The translations under genes were made by a program, and so were the position numbers. A stretch of DNA of 64,000 nucleotides. Source: a virus. The notes under the pieces were generated by a model. It was given only the letters and a program-made list of their open reading frames with translations. It did no database searches and was not told where the DNA came from. The stretch covers positions 1 through 64,000 of the IMG/VR virus record IMGVR_UViG_3300024999_000053; one strand, 5' to 3'. Below are positions 30,179 to 42,606 of the stretch, piece after piece (within the stretch, counting starts at the first letter, position 1; each line of letters starts with the position of its first letter).

Positions 30179-30495
30179 TAGTAAATTAGCCTCCTAGTAT
30201 GGTGACATATTAGTAAAAATTCTTAAACTGCTGGAAATCCCTTAGAGACTTATAAACTACAACGTAGATGGAAACGTCAAGCGTGAATGTTTAAAAATTA
30301 TAAGTATTGGGTAATCAGCATCGAAATCCCTTAAATGGGAGACGTTCAACGACTATAATAGAAGTGGTTTATTGATTTATAAACCATAAGGTATAGTCTG
30401 AACTTTATGGAAACATAAAGAAATAGAAAGAAATTTCTATTCGCCACTACTATATAGTGGTCAATACCTTTTAATAAAGGGAAAGTAACAGAATG
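30179..30495 (+). ncRNA. Group I intron 2 (317 nt, no ORF)
   Basis: IGS AUUAGCCUC pairs GAGGU and 3' exon UGAU; P TGCTGGAAA, Q AATCAGCA, R TTCAACGACTA, S AAGGTATAGTCT; ends GAAAGTAACAGAATG; removal restores NEV|DNNFAV. Confidence 0.9.
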
Positions 30496-33400
30496 TGATA
30501 ATAACTTCGCTGTGACTTCGCAAGGTTTGGCACAAAGTTTGGCGAAAGCTGGGGAATCCGCGCAGATTTATGGTGCAACACTTGATGATGTTATTGGATA
30601 TACCACGGCAATTCAGACCGCCACAAAAGAGTCGGGAAATGTCATCGGAAATTCGCTTAAAACTACGATTTCTCGAACATTTTCGACAGATTCCGAGAAA
30701 GTATTAGCTGGAGTAGGAATTGCGATAAAAGATATATCAGGAAATGTAAGAGATGTCAATCAAATCTGGGGAGAATTAGCTGTTAAATTCAAAACGCTCT
30801 CTAGTGAGCAAAAACAGCAAATCGGACTTACAATTGGGAGTCGTTATCATTTAACACGGTTTTTAGCCCTTATGGATAATTGGCAAATAGTTACAGATGC
30901 CACCACAACATCACAACAGTCTTTATTCTCTGCTTTAGAGGAAAATAGAAAGCATTTAGGTAGTTTGGAAGCTCAGATTAATAAAGTAAAATCAGCAGGT
31001 CAAGAGCTTTCATATGTACTAGGAGAAAGCGGATTAAAATATGTAATGTATGGAGTTTTAGCAGGAACAACTTTGCTTGTTAATGGGTTAACAGAATTAT
31101 CCAATATGGGAGCAGGAGGCACAATCGCAATAACCGCTCTTGTACTAACTATGGGTGGATTATTAGCTAAAACATTAAGTCTTATTCCTGCACTTAATGC
31201 TGCAACTGTAGCTTTAAAGGCTTTTACGATAGCAACACTTACAAATCCGTGGATAATATTTGGAACTGTTGTTTTGGCTACAATAGTTAGCATTGTTTCA
31301 TATTTTGGACACGCTAAACAAGTAAGAGAAGAGCAAGAAAAATTAAACAAAACACTAGGTGACTCAACAAAAAGTTTTAATGTTCTTGCTGAATCAATAA
31401 ACAAAATAGGTGCTCCTACTCTTCAAAATATTAATGATATTGAAGCTCAAATTAAACGTTATGACGAATTAACTGAAGTAATACTTAAATCAAAAGAAGC
31501 TGAGTCTAAAAAAAGAGTTAAGACAATTGATCCTCGCACAATGCAAGTATCATTACAAAAGAAAAATATCCCAGAAGAAGTAATTGATCTTGCGGCAAAT
31601 CTTCGTATTGATGTTGGGGCATTTAAAACTTATGATGCATTGCTTTCAGAAATTACAAAAAAACAGAAAGAACTTGCTGATTCTACTGAAAAAGCCAAGA
31701 AAAATTCTACTGAGTATCAAGCACAGCAAATTAAACTATCTCAAACAAGTTTGGATGTTGCCAATAATACAAATGATTTAGTTAATGAGTATAAAGAATT
31801 GTCTATTATTACAGAAAAAAATGAGCAACAGACCAAACGTTACTCAGAAGTTAAGAATATGCTTTTAGCTATGTTTCCTGCTGAATCCAAAAATGGTCAA
31901 ATTATTATTGCTCTTTTAGAGGAAGAATCTAAGAAAAGAGTAGAACTTGCAGAAACAACAATGGCAAAATCTAGAGAACAATTGATAGCCAATGTTAAAT
32001 CTCAACAAATTACTTATGAAACTGCCGTAAAAAACATGGCTTTTTATCAGGCAGAAATAGATATGTTACAAGAACTTTGGTCTGCTCGTTCTAATAATAC
32101 TGGAAGCACAGGAAATTGGAGAATAGCTGAAGATTTAGGAATGGCTCAATCTAATTTTGTAGAAACAAAAAAAGAAGTAAATTCGCTATCAGATTCTATT
32201 AGTAAAATGAATGATGTTCTTAATTGGAAACCTGCTTCTGTTGCTGGTATTGGAGATAAAGACAAAAAAGATTCATCTTCAAAAAAAGATAAACCTGCTG
32301 ATCCATCCTATACAGACCCAATTGATGCTTTAATCAGAGAATCAAATGCTCAAGCAGAATTATCAAAAGCTAAAAGTGAAACTATTACAAAAGAACTTGA
32401 GCAAGCAAAAGCATCAAAAGACTATGGTTTAATTTTGGTTAAAAACAATGAACTTATAGAAAATCAAAAGAAAGCTATTTTGGACTTAAATGAAGCTCAT
32501 AATAAGATTAATGCTTTAAAAGATTCATCAATTTTATATTCTAAATTTGGAGATACTTCTCGTTGGTTTGACTCAAATAATGAAGCTTCAACTCAATATT
32601 ATTCGGAGTTAAATTCTGCATCTGCCGAAGTTCAAAAAACAATGGAAGCAGAATATACTCATATGGAAAAACTTCGTAAAGCTTGGGTAATAAACACAAA
32701 CGAAATAAAATTAGCAACAGAGGCTCAAAAAGAATTCGCAAAACAATCTCACGAAGATTTGTTCAAAGGAATAGAAGAACAATCCCAAGCTTTATCCTCT
32801 GCTGATGTATCCAAACTAGAATCCTCCTTTAAAAACCTAGACATCGAATCATGGATAGAATCAAACATCACAGCAACATCAGAATGGGCAGACGTAACAG
32901 CCTCTCTCCAAGAAGAACTAGCAAAATTAGGTAATCCAACAACACTAGAAGGTCAGAAAAAATATAATGAACTTTTAGAAGCTTCTGCTACTAAGGCGGC
33001 AACTGCATTAAAAGCACAGCAAGAATTAGAGAAAGCTAAAGAAAAAGCTGGTCAAGATGCACTGTTTGAACAAGCCGATGAAGATATCAAAGATATTATG
33101 TCTCAAATTGATGATGTAGACCAAATGCAAAAATTAGGAGCAGGTGGATTCTCTTCTCAAGTTCCTAAGATCAAAATTAACATTATTCCTGATATAGATT
33201 TGGATAGTGTAGATGAAGCTATACAAAAAGTTGTAGATGAAACAAAAAGTGAATTTACGTTCAAAGCACCTACTACTTTTATTAATGTTATTAATAATGA
33301 GTTTACTAATGCATTGTCTAAAGCTCAAGATAATATCATTGATCTTAAACAAAATATTAAAAATTTAGGTGAAATAAAACCTGAAAATCAAGGCCAGGTT

Positions 33401-36400
33401 GATGGGTTTTTAGAGCAATGGCAAGAAGAACTTGATAAGTTATCTAATAAGGCGAAAGACACTAGGGAAAGTCTGAAGAAGTCATTAGACGCTAAAAGTA
33501 TTACAGAGGAAGAATTTAATTCCCAAACTCAGGCAGTCAATAATGCAGAACTAACCGTATTGGCAATTCCTAGAATTGAAATGTCAGCAGAGTATCAAAC
33601 AGAATTGGAAACTCTAAAAAAGGACTATGATAATATTCCTGTAACTGTTGATACAGTTGAAGCAAATGAAATAATTTTAGCATTAATAGCAAACGCTGAA
33701 AAGTTGATTACGGCAAACATTGATTCAGCAGTTGCTAGTCAAGTCATAGCTGATTTAACAAAATCTGAAATTAAAACCATTTATATTCAAACTGTAACTT
33801 CTTCGTCAAGTGAGGATTCAGGTGATAGTGGAACTCCTGCAAGAGCAACAGGAGATAGTAATTTTGTCGGGGGAAAGGTAATTGTTGGAGAAGAGGGAAA
33901 AGAATTAATCTCTGAACCAGATGGCACAACCTATTTATCAGGCGATAAATCAGAATTAAGAGATTTACCTAAAGGTACAGTAATCCTACCTAATAGAAAA
34001 ACTGAGAATCTTCTCAAATCTTTAGGTGTTCCTGCTTATTCCAGTGGTACAGGTGATATTAAACTTGAAACTCTTATTGACTCTCAGACAGAAGATTTAG
34101 AAAAAGTCAATAAATTAATCAAGAGTACTGGGAATGCAATAGCAAAAGTAGAAAACAGTATTAAAAAATATATTAATCCTGATGGAACTGTTAATGATAA
34201 ATATGCATCTGATACTAAAATTGTGGATAAGGTTAATATTGCCAATGCAACAATTAGTAATCAAGGTGTAAATCTTAAAACTTATCAAGACCAATCAGAC
34301 AAACTAGTTAGTTCTATTGCTGAATTAAAAACAAAAGTCGATTTATCAAGTGTCGATTCATTAGTTACTAGATTAAAGTATATCAATGAAGGTATAGATG
34401 AAAATAGCAAAGTTATTAAAACATCTACAACTGATCTTGCTAAATACGTTGATAAAGACGGCAATATCAAGAAGAAGTATTTAGATACTGAAAAATCTAC
34501 TGATAAGCAAAAAGCAAGGAATGCAGAAGTTGCTCAAATAGTAGTAGATGACAGGAAAAAGATTGAGAATGCGGCAACTAGTAAAAACACGCTAACCAAT
34601 CAAAAAGAAACTACTTCTACTGTATTAGGTAATCTTAGATTTGATCAAGCTAACGATACTAAACTTGCGCTCTATAGTGAAGCATTGGAAAAAATTGATG
34701 CTGGAATCGTAAAAGTAACTGATTCAATGGAAAAGTATAAAAACGAAGATGGTAGTTACAAAGATAATGCTACTACAAGGGCTGGAAAAGCTAAACTTCA
34801 AGAGTATTATGATCAGGAAAAATCAATTCAACTTTCAATGAAGCAAATTATTACAGATAAATTCAATGCTGAATATGAAGGTTATGACAAACTTCAGAAA
34901 AAATCTGAAACACAAGTATCTGACTTGCAAAAGATTCTAGAATATCAAAAACTTATAGGTGCAAGTGTTGAAGACCAACTTGAATCAGAGCAAAGTATTT
35001 TAGAAACTAAGGAAAGCGAACAAAAATCTCTATTAGCCGAACAAGCATCCTTAGAAGCAAAGAAAACTACTATTGTTGAAAAAGCAAAAGCTGATTTATC
35101 AACAGCAAAACCTGATGGTTACACGCAAGCAGATTTAGATAGTCTGTTGGAACATAATAGTGAGTATAATTTAACTATTGATAAACTTACTACAGTCCAT
35201 TCTCAAGTATTAGATTATAAAAATTCAATAATGCAAGTTTTGCAAGAAATTGGTCAAATTAGAGCAGATGCAATAATAAAACCTTTTACTGATTCTATTG
35301 CTCAATCACAACACAGTATATCTATTCTTGGAAATCTTGATACTCTTGATGAAAAGAAAAAAGCTTATGAATATACTCAAGAAATTGGTGAAACTCTTCA
35401 AGATGAAAGTGAAAAGATTGCAAAGAGAATTTCTGAGATTCAGATTAAACTTAATAATTTAGATCCTAGCAAAGCACCTGAAGAAATTGCTAAATTAAAA
35501 GCAGAACTTGATAAATTAACATCTACTCAATATCAACTTGAGATTGAAATTATTACTAATCTTGATTCTGTAATTTCACAACTCAATAATCTCGATGTAA
35601 GTGGAATTCAAGAAGCGTTTGATGCTGGAGAAGATTGGCAAAGTATTATTCCTATAACTTTAGAAGGTCAGAAGAAATATAATGAACTGTTGATACAGCA
35701 AGCAGAAAATCAACAAGCCGCAACTAAAGCACAAGAGGAATATAATAAAACCTTAGAAAAGACAAAATTAGACCAACTTTTATCAAATGCTGACGGTCAA
35801 TTAAAGGATATTAATGATGCTATTAATTTAGTTGATCATTTTGTTTCTTTGGGAAAAGATGGTACTAGTAAAGAAGTTCCTACAATTGATTATGTTAATG
35901 ATACTCCTCATATTACTCCTAAAACTCCTGAACAAGCTGGGGCAGAAGTTGAAAATCCTGCAAATAAGACAGATTATGTCCCTCCAAAAACTTTTGTTGA
36001 TTTTATAAATAAAGAATTCTCTGATGCACTTAAAACAGGAAATGCACAAATTGCTGGATTTAATGCTGAAATTGATGCTTTAGGGCCAATTACTGAAGAG
36101 AATGTTGGAAAATTTATTGCACTAACTACAAAAATTAGTGATGTTGGAAAAGGATTAAATCAGACTTATTTGGATGCCAGAAAAGCTGTTGAAAATGATA
36201 CGAGCCTTAGTGAAGATGAGCGAAATACAAAATTACAACAAATTGATGCATCTAATATTTCAATATTGTCTAAACCTCAAATACAAATTACATCTGATGC
36301 TAAGCTTGCTCTTAAAACAGCAGGGATAAATATTGCAACGGGTATTATTGAACCATATACAGATGCAATATCTAAATTAGATCCAACTGCAGATATAGCA

Positions 36401-39400
36401 AAAATTGCAGAACAATATGCTACTGCTAGTGGAATCACTATGGCAAAAATTGATGAACTCAATAAGGAACTTAACGACCCTGCAACAACTGAAGCCAGAA
36501 AAATTGTTATCACTGCTGAAATTGGTCAATTAAAACTAGATTTGCCTAAAATGGATGCAGGAATTCAAGAAGCAGCAACTGCAATGGCAAATAGTGTTCA
36601 TGCAGAATTTGATAAAAATGCAGAAACTATTCAAGTTGATATTCTGAAGTTAGATCCAACAAGTCAAAAAGAGGAAATCACTAAATTAAACGAAAAACTT
36701 GTTGATGAAATAACCAAAGCAAAAGCCGCAGTTGTAACAAAAATGGATGAACTCAATGATGAATTGAATAATCCTAACACAACAAAAGAGCGAAAAGTTG
36801 TCATAACTGCGGAACTAAGTGCATTAAAGCTCGACTTGAAGAAACTTAATACAGAAATGGCAACTGTCCAAGCAGAAATTGATAAGACCGCAAAAGAAAC
36901 TTCTACTACGATTAAGGTTAAGAGTGATGTAACTAGTGCTAAAAAGTCTATCAAAGAAGTTGAAAATGGAAAATATAAAGCAAGTGTAAAAGTTAATGCA
37001 GAAACAACTGAAGCACAGAAAGCTATTGATGCCTTAAAGAAAGATGCAACTGCTACTATTACTGTTAATGTTGTAGAGGGAACAACTAAATCTAGTAATA
37101 AATCTTCTAATAATGCCTTTGCAAAAGGAACTCTTTTTGCTCCTGAAGGGGAAGCCATTGTTGGTGAAAAAGGCAGAGAGATAATTTCTGAACCTGATGG
37201 AAAAACATATCTTAGTGGAGATAAAGCAGAATTAAGATATTTACCAGAAGGAACATCTGTAATTCCAAATAAAGAAACTGAAGAGTTTCTTAAATCAATG
37301 GGAATTCAAGGATTTGAAGATGGAAAAGGAAAATCTCTAGCTGATTTATTTAAAATTGCTGGACTTAGTGATGTTTCTCAGTTAGGAAATCTTTCTACAT
37401 CTGCTTTACTAACATTAAAGCAAGGTCTTTATAAATATCTGATTGAAACCGCAGGTACATCAATTACAGAATTAACTACTAAATTGAATGCTCCTGAAAA
37501 TATTGATAGTGTTAACGAAGATGGAACAGTAAATTATAAAGACAATGAAGCAACTCAAGCAATTGTTTCAGAAATTAAAACAATTCAAGCAGCAGAAGAA
37601 TCTGCACAAACAGCAATAAAAGCATTAATAGTTGAGAAATATGAAGCTGAATGGGCAGGATTTGATAAGTTACAAACAAATGCAGAGTGGGAAATCAAAA
37701 GTGCAGAAAATAATTTAGAATATAGCAAATTAATTGGTAAGAACAATGAAGATATTGTTGCACAAGAAGAAGCTATATTAGCACAACAGAAAGCAAAAGA
37801 AGCGTCTTTGCTTGCACAACAAATATCTTTAAAAGCACAAAGAGATGGGTTTGCAGTTGATTCATTAGAATATAATACCTTGGATATTAAACTCAAATCT
37901 GTAACGGACGCTCTAGGCACAGTTAGAACCGATGTTTATAATACTGCATCTGAAATCGCCAATCTAAAATTTGAAGCAATAATTTTTCCGTTTAAAGAAG
38001 TTGTTTCTGATTTAGAAGTTCTCTCTAATTTTTTAGATGAAGATAATTTTGCAGGCAATTTAGATAATATACGTGGTCAAATAGTTGCTGTATCTTCTGA
38101 AATTTATGAGATTAAAAGTGAACTTTCTAAAATTAGTAATGATTCATCCTTATCTCCTGAAGAAAAAGCAAAGAAAATTGGGGAATATACAACTAAACTT
38201 GAAGAAGCAGAAATTGCTCTTAATAACTTAGCAAAGTCTGAAAAAGATTGGTTAAATAAACAATTATCAGATACTTTTGACAAGCAATTAGAAGCAGTTG
38301 AGAAAGTGCTATTTAATGGTTCAACTGAAAGTGAAGCTCAAGAGGCATTGCAAGATAAAATTGATTTACAGAATAAATTTATTTCTGGTGCTGAGAAAGA
38401 TTTAGAAATTAGTAAAATCAGAAATAGAATTGTTGCTGATGAATTAACCTTAACTGCTGAACAAACTGCTTTGTTGGATAGTCAGGGAGATATTGAAAGA
38501 ACATCATTGGAGAGACTGGGTAAACAACTTGATATTCAACAAGCATTACTTAAAGTTGAAAATCTAAAAGGTCAGAAAACTATTCAGCAAATGACTAAGA
38601 ATGCTGATGGTAATTGGAATTTTGAGTATGTTGCAGATCAGGATGCTATTTTAGAAGCAGAAAATGATTTAGCTACTAAGAGAGTTGATTTAATCACATG
38701 GGAAAGAGATCAAATAAATTCCATTGATAAAGAAAAATTAGATGAAAAAGGCAAATATCTTAGTAAATTAAAGGTAATTACAGATAAGGCCCAAAATGGA
38801 GAGTATGATTCATACGAAGATTTTGCTAATGATATGAGTGCTTTAAATCAGAAATATCTTGGTGGAATGGGAACTGTAACTGCTACTGAATGGCAAGGTA
38901 TTTTTGACTCAACTCAAACCAATATATCTAGTATGCAGACTGCTTTTACAACTTATACAACTGAAATTGAAGCATTAGCAACAAGAATGAAATTAGCATA
39001 TCAGGATATATTAGATGCTCAAGAATTAGCTAAAAAAGTTGTGGAATACGATCCTCCTGCTGATGTTAAGATTGTTGGTACTCCTAAATATAGTGAACCA
39101 GAACCAAATATTGATTTTGCCGTTGGAATAAATGACCCAAATTCTCTTCATGTTGATGATTCTACTGGTATAATTGTTAATTTCACGCCAGAAGAAGCAA
39201 CAAATATGAGTAATTGGGCTTTTAACCAAGTAAGTAAGACAGGAGAAAATCCAACAGCAGAAGATTATATGGAAGAATTTGATCTTAAGAGGTTTAAAAG
39301 TGGAGGATATACAGGAAATTCTGAAGGAATGGCATATTTAGACGAACAAGAAATTGTCTTGGATAAGTCTGATACTTTTAATCTTTTAAAATCAGTTCAA

Positions 39401-39670
39401 ATAAATAAGTCGATATTGGATTCTCTAGAAGGATTTGATTTTAAAAGTGTAATGGGCTCTATCACTAATATTAGAGGATTGTCTGATATCTTCAAAGCAC
39501 CAATAGATATGATGAAAAGTATTGGTAGTCTTGTGAAACAGACTAGTCAGACAGTAGAAAATCATTTTCATATCAACAAACTTGAATTGCCAAATGTTAA
39601 TAATCAAAACGGAGTAGACTCGTTAATTAACGGTCTCAACAGTTATGCAATTCAGTATTCAAAGAAATAA
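30496..39670 (+). CDS. Tape measure protein, exon 3
   Basis: DNNFAVTSQGLAQSLAKAG...ESGNVIGNSLKT core; hydrophobic segments; long coiled coil. Confidence 0.9.
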
Positions 39671-39760
39671 AAGTACAATTTGATATGGTTTGTGTTTTAA
39701 AGAGTTAGATGATTAATTTCTTCTAACTCTTTTTGATAAATAATATAAGGGAGGTTTGTC

Positions 39761-40693
39761 ATGGCAAGAGGTCAAGGAAGAATTTCAGATAATGAATTAA
39801 ATTCAGGCATAATAAATGAATTAGATGCTAAAGCATTACAAAGTGGTTTAGATAATTTGGCAGGAACTGGACGAACAACAGAAACGGTAAAAGGTGTTAA
39901 TGATGCCCTTGTGTCGCATTTGGTAGATTATGCACATCATTACGCTTCCGATGGTGGCAGTACAGATGATTACGCAATTACGCCTAACCCTCCAATAACT
40001 GCATATGTAGCAGGGCAAACGTTTAACGTCAAGGCTAACACGGATAATACAGGGGTTGCAACGTTAAACGTTAATACCTATGGCGCGAAGACTATTAAGA
40101 AAAATCACAATGAAGATTTAGTTACAGGGGATATTGTTGCAGGGCAGATTTTTACGGTGGTTTATGATGCAGGAGACGATACTTTTCAGATTACGAGTGG
40201 AATAACAAGCAAAACATGGAAAGAAATATTTAACGGCACACTCACCGATACGCCACAATTTGATATATTAATCCCTTCAAATTTTAATAGGGTAAGGATT
40301 AAGGCCCAAACTAAGGCCTCAACAACTACTAATGCTACTTTATCATTAAGGTTTAATAATGATAGCACAGCTAATCACTATCAAGCTTGTGTCGCTACTG
40401 AACAAGGATCTATGAATAAAACTGGAATTGAATTATATTCATCAGGTTTTAGTGCTTATTCTTTACCAAAATCCGACAGAGGTTATTTAGCAATGTTAGA
40501 CTTAGAAATACAAGTTGACAATAAAGCGGAACTTGTCGGTATATGTTCTTTTATAAACACAACTGGTTCCTATGTTTGCCCAGTTAGTGGGTTGTGGGTA
40601 AACCAAACAGATAGGATAGCTACTATTAATTTAGTTGCGTCTGTAAACTCTATAGGAGCAGGAAGTAAAGTTAGTGTTTGGGGGTGTGAATAG
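39761..40693 (+). CDS. Tail fibre-like protein
   Basis: DGGSTDDYAITPNPPITAYVAGQ...NTGVATLNVN...GDIVAGQIFTVVYD module; followed by a chaperone-like gene. Confidence 0.65.
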   Translation: MARGQGRISDNELNSGIINELDAKALQSGLDNLAGTGRTTETVKGVNDALVSHLVDYAHHYASDGGSTDDYAITPNPPITAYVAGQTFNVKANTDNTGVATLNVNTYGAKTIKKNHNEDLVTGDIVAGQIFTVVYDAGDDTFQITSGITSKTWKEIFNGTLTDTPQFDILIPSNFNRVRIKAQTKASTTTNATLSLRFNNDSTANHYQACVATEQGSMNKTGIELYSSGFSAYSLPKSDRGYLAMLDLEIQVDNKAELVGICSFINTTGSYVCPVSGLWVNQTDRIATINLVASVNSIGAGSKVSVWGCE

Positions 40694-41157
40694 TGCAAAT
40701 AACTGACGAAAAAGGGGTTTGGGAAGTAGGCGGTAATGTACGTTATTTAATTTCTGGAACCGAGACAGAACTGTGGAAACAGGAAAGCCAACAACTTCCT
40801 ACTCTTTCCGAAATCCAGCAACGGAAAATTCTAGAGCTAAACACAGGCTGTAATCAAGATATTTTAAATGGGTTTCCATCATCTTGCACAGGCGTAGAAC
40901 ATCAGTACAATTTTGACCTAGAATATCAAGCTAATATGAATCAAAGAGCTACGATGTTCTTACTAAAACCAACCATGACTGAAACATGGTGGCCTACTAA
41001 AGACATGGGGGTACTCACTCACACTAGAGAACAGTTTGTGCAACTGTGTGAAGACGCTGACAAAATTAAGGACGCAAAGATACTTAGGTATTTTGGCATG
41101 AAGGCACAAGTTGAAGCATGTAAAGAGATTGCTGATGTTGAAGCGATTGCGTGGTGA
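40693..41157 (+). CDS. DUF4376-like tail fibre assembly protein
   Basis: KILELNTGCNQDILNGF...HTREQFVQL...VEAIAW. Confidence 0.65.
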   Translation: MQITDEKGVWEVGGNVRYLISGTETELWKQESQQLPTLSEIQQRKILELNTGCNQDILNGFPSSCTGVEHQYNFDLEYQANMNQRATMFLLKPTMTETWWPTKDMGVLTHTREQFVQLCEDADKIKDAKILRYFGMKAQVEACKEIADVEAIAW

Positions 41158-41161
41158 GTTA

Positions 41162-41377
41162 ATGAGCAACTATCCGTATAGAATATTGTTAGCAATCGAT
41201 CAGTTATTCAACGCAATCCTTGGAGGGGATGAAGACGAAACAATCTCATCCCGAATGGGTAAGCATGTAGTGAAAAAGGATAGTAGATTGTGTAAATTTA
41301 TCTGCTCTTTACTTAATAAAATCGACCCCAACCACTGCTCAGATGCGATTGAAAAAGATGAAGGATTACCGATGTAG
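41162..41377 (+). CDS. Small conserved phage protein
   Basis: LLAIDQLFNAILGGDEDETISSRMGK...DPNHC. Confidence 0.65.
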   Translation: MSNYPYRILLAIDQLFNAILGGDEDETISSRMGKHVVKKDSRLCKFICSLLNKIDPNHCSDAIEKDEGLPM

Positions 41378-41489
41378 TTATGTCGTAGTAGACAATCAAC
41401 TGTTCATTAAGCAAAAATAATATTTTATTAAAGAGAGTATAAAAACTGTACTCTCTTTATCTATGTAAAAAAAGAAACGAGGATATTTA

Positions 41490-42254
41490 TTGGATAATTA
41501 TGGTATAATATATTCTGCAAGAAACTTAATAAACAATAAACGATATATAGGTCAAACTACTTGTTCATTAGAGAAAAGAAGAAGAGAACACATCAATTCG
41601 ATTGGTCAACAAAAATATATTTTTCAAAGAGCAATGAAAAAATACGGTGTGGAAAATTTCATATGGGAAGAACTTGACTATGCCGATTCTCCAGAAGAAC
41701 TTGATTATAAAGAAACATATTGGATTGACCACTTTGGAACATATGGCAATAATGGGTATAATATGACTGTTGGTGGTCAAAAAATTCATAAACCATCAAA
41801 AGAAGAGCATATTAAGTATTTACGCACACAGCATGATGATAGAAGTCTCTTAGTATTTGATAAACTTGGTAACTTTATTGAAGAATCTGATAATAGGTTT
41901 TTATTTTGTATAGAGAATAATATAACTACATCGGATGCTAATCAATCATTAACAAATAGGAGACCATCAGTTGGTGATTTTATTCTTATTTATAAGGATG
42001 ATTTTACAAAAGAAAATCTAGATGATAGATTAAAAAGAGTTAGAAACACAAGAGAATTTGTAGTATTTGATGAAAATAATAAATACATAGGCACTTGGTC
42101 TAATCAGACTTATTGTAGCAGAGATACAAAAGCGCATAGGGGAAATATTAGCAGATGTTTAAGTGGAACTTTAAATAAAACTCACGGATATTATTTTTAT
42201 TATTTAGATAATTGTCCAGAAGAATTAAAGCACCTGATTCCACAATCTGACTAA
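41490..42254 (+). CDS. GIY-YIG homing endonuclease with NUMOD1-like repeats
   Basis: GIIY...YIGQT...R...E...GYNMTVGG; ISRCLSG. Confidence 0.85.
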   Translation: MDNYGIIYSARNLINNKRYIGQTTCSLEKRRREHINSIGQQKYIFQRAMKKYGVENFIWEELDYADSPEELDYKETYWIDHFGTYGNNGYNMTVGGQKIHKPSKEEHIKYLRTQHDDRSLLVFDKLGNFIEESDNRFLFCIENNITTSDANQSLTNRRPSVGDFILIYKDDFTKENLDDRLKRVRNTREFVVFDENNKYIGTWSNQTYCSRDTKAHRGNISRCLSGTLNKTHGYYFYYLDNCPEELKHLIPQSD

Positions 42255-42312
42255 GTTAAAAGCAATAAATAATTATTTTACTAATTCCTCCCAATTAATA
42301 TTTAATAAAGGA

Positions 42313-42588
42313 ATGATAAAAACAATGTCAAATAAACAAGAAATTTTAATGGAATCAATTGATATATTGATTGCTGAAAGATTAAAAAACTTCAAATATA
42401 ATTATTATGTTGAAGGAGTTGTCATAGAAGGTAACTTAGATGGGACATATAATATTCGCATCAATAATGAAATATCAACCTTATATGCAAGAGAAGGATT
42501 GTCATTGCAAGTAAACGATATAGTTATGATTTTAGTAATTAACAACAATTATAGTCAAAAAATAATAGATTTTGTCAGACCATATTAG
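42313..42588 (+). CDS. Small tail-tip protein (OB-fold-like)
   Basis: EGVVIE...DGTYNIRIN...LQVNDIVMILV; synteny. Confidence 0.5.
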   Translation: MIKTMSNKQEILMESIDILIAERLKNFKYNYYVEGVVIEGNLDGTYNIRINNEISTLYAREGLSLQVNDIVMILVINNNYSQKIIDFVRPY

Positions 42589-42606
42589 AAAGTAGGTGAA
42601 AAGTAA

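Noticed and set aside
31000-39607. Many short minus-strand ORFs inside tape measure and other long genes (also 840-1268, 14009-14983, 21275-22274)
   Set aside because: Antisense shadows of real genes; no RBS or recognisable motifs
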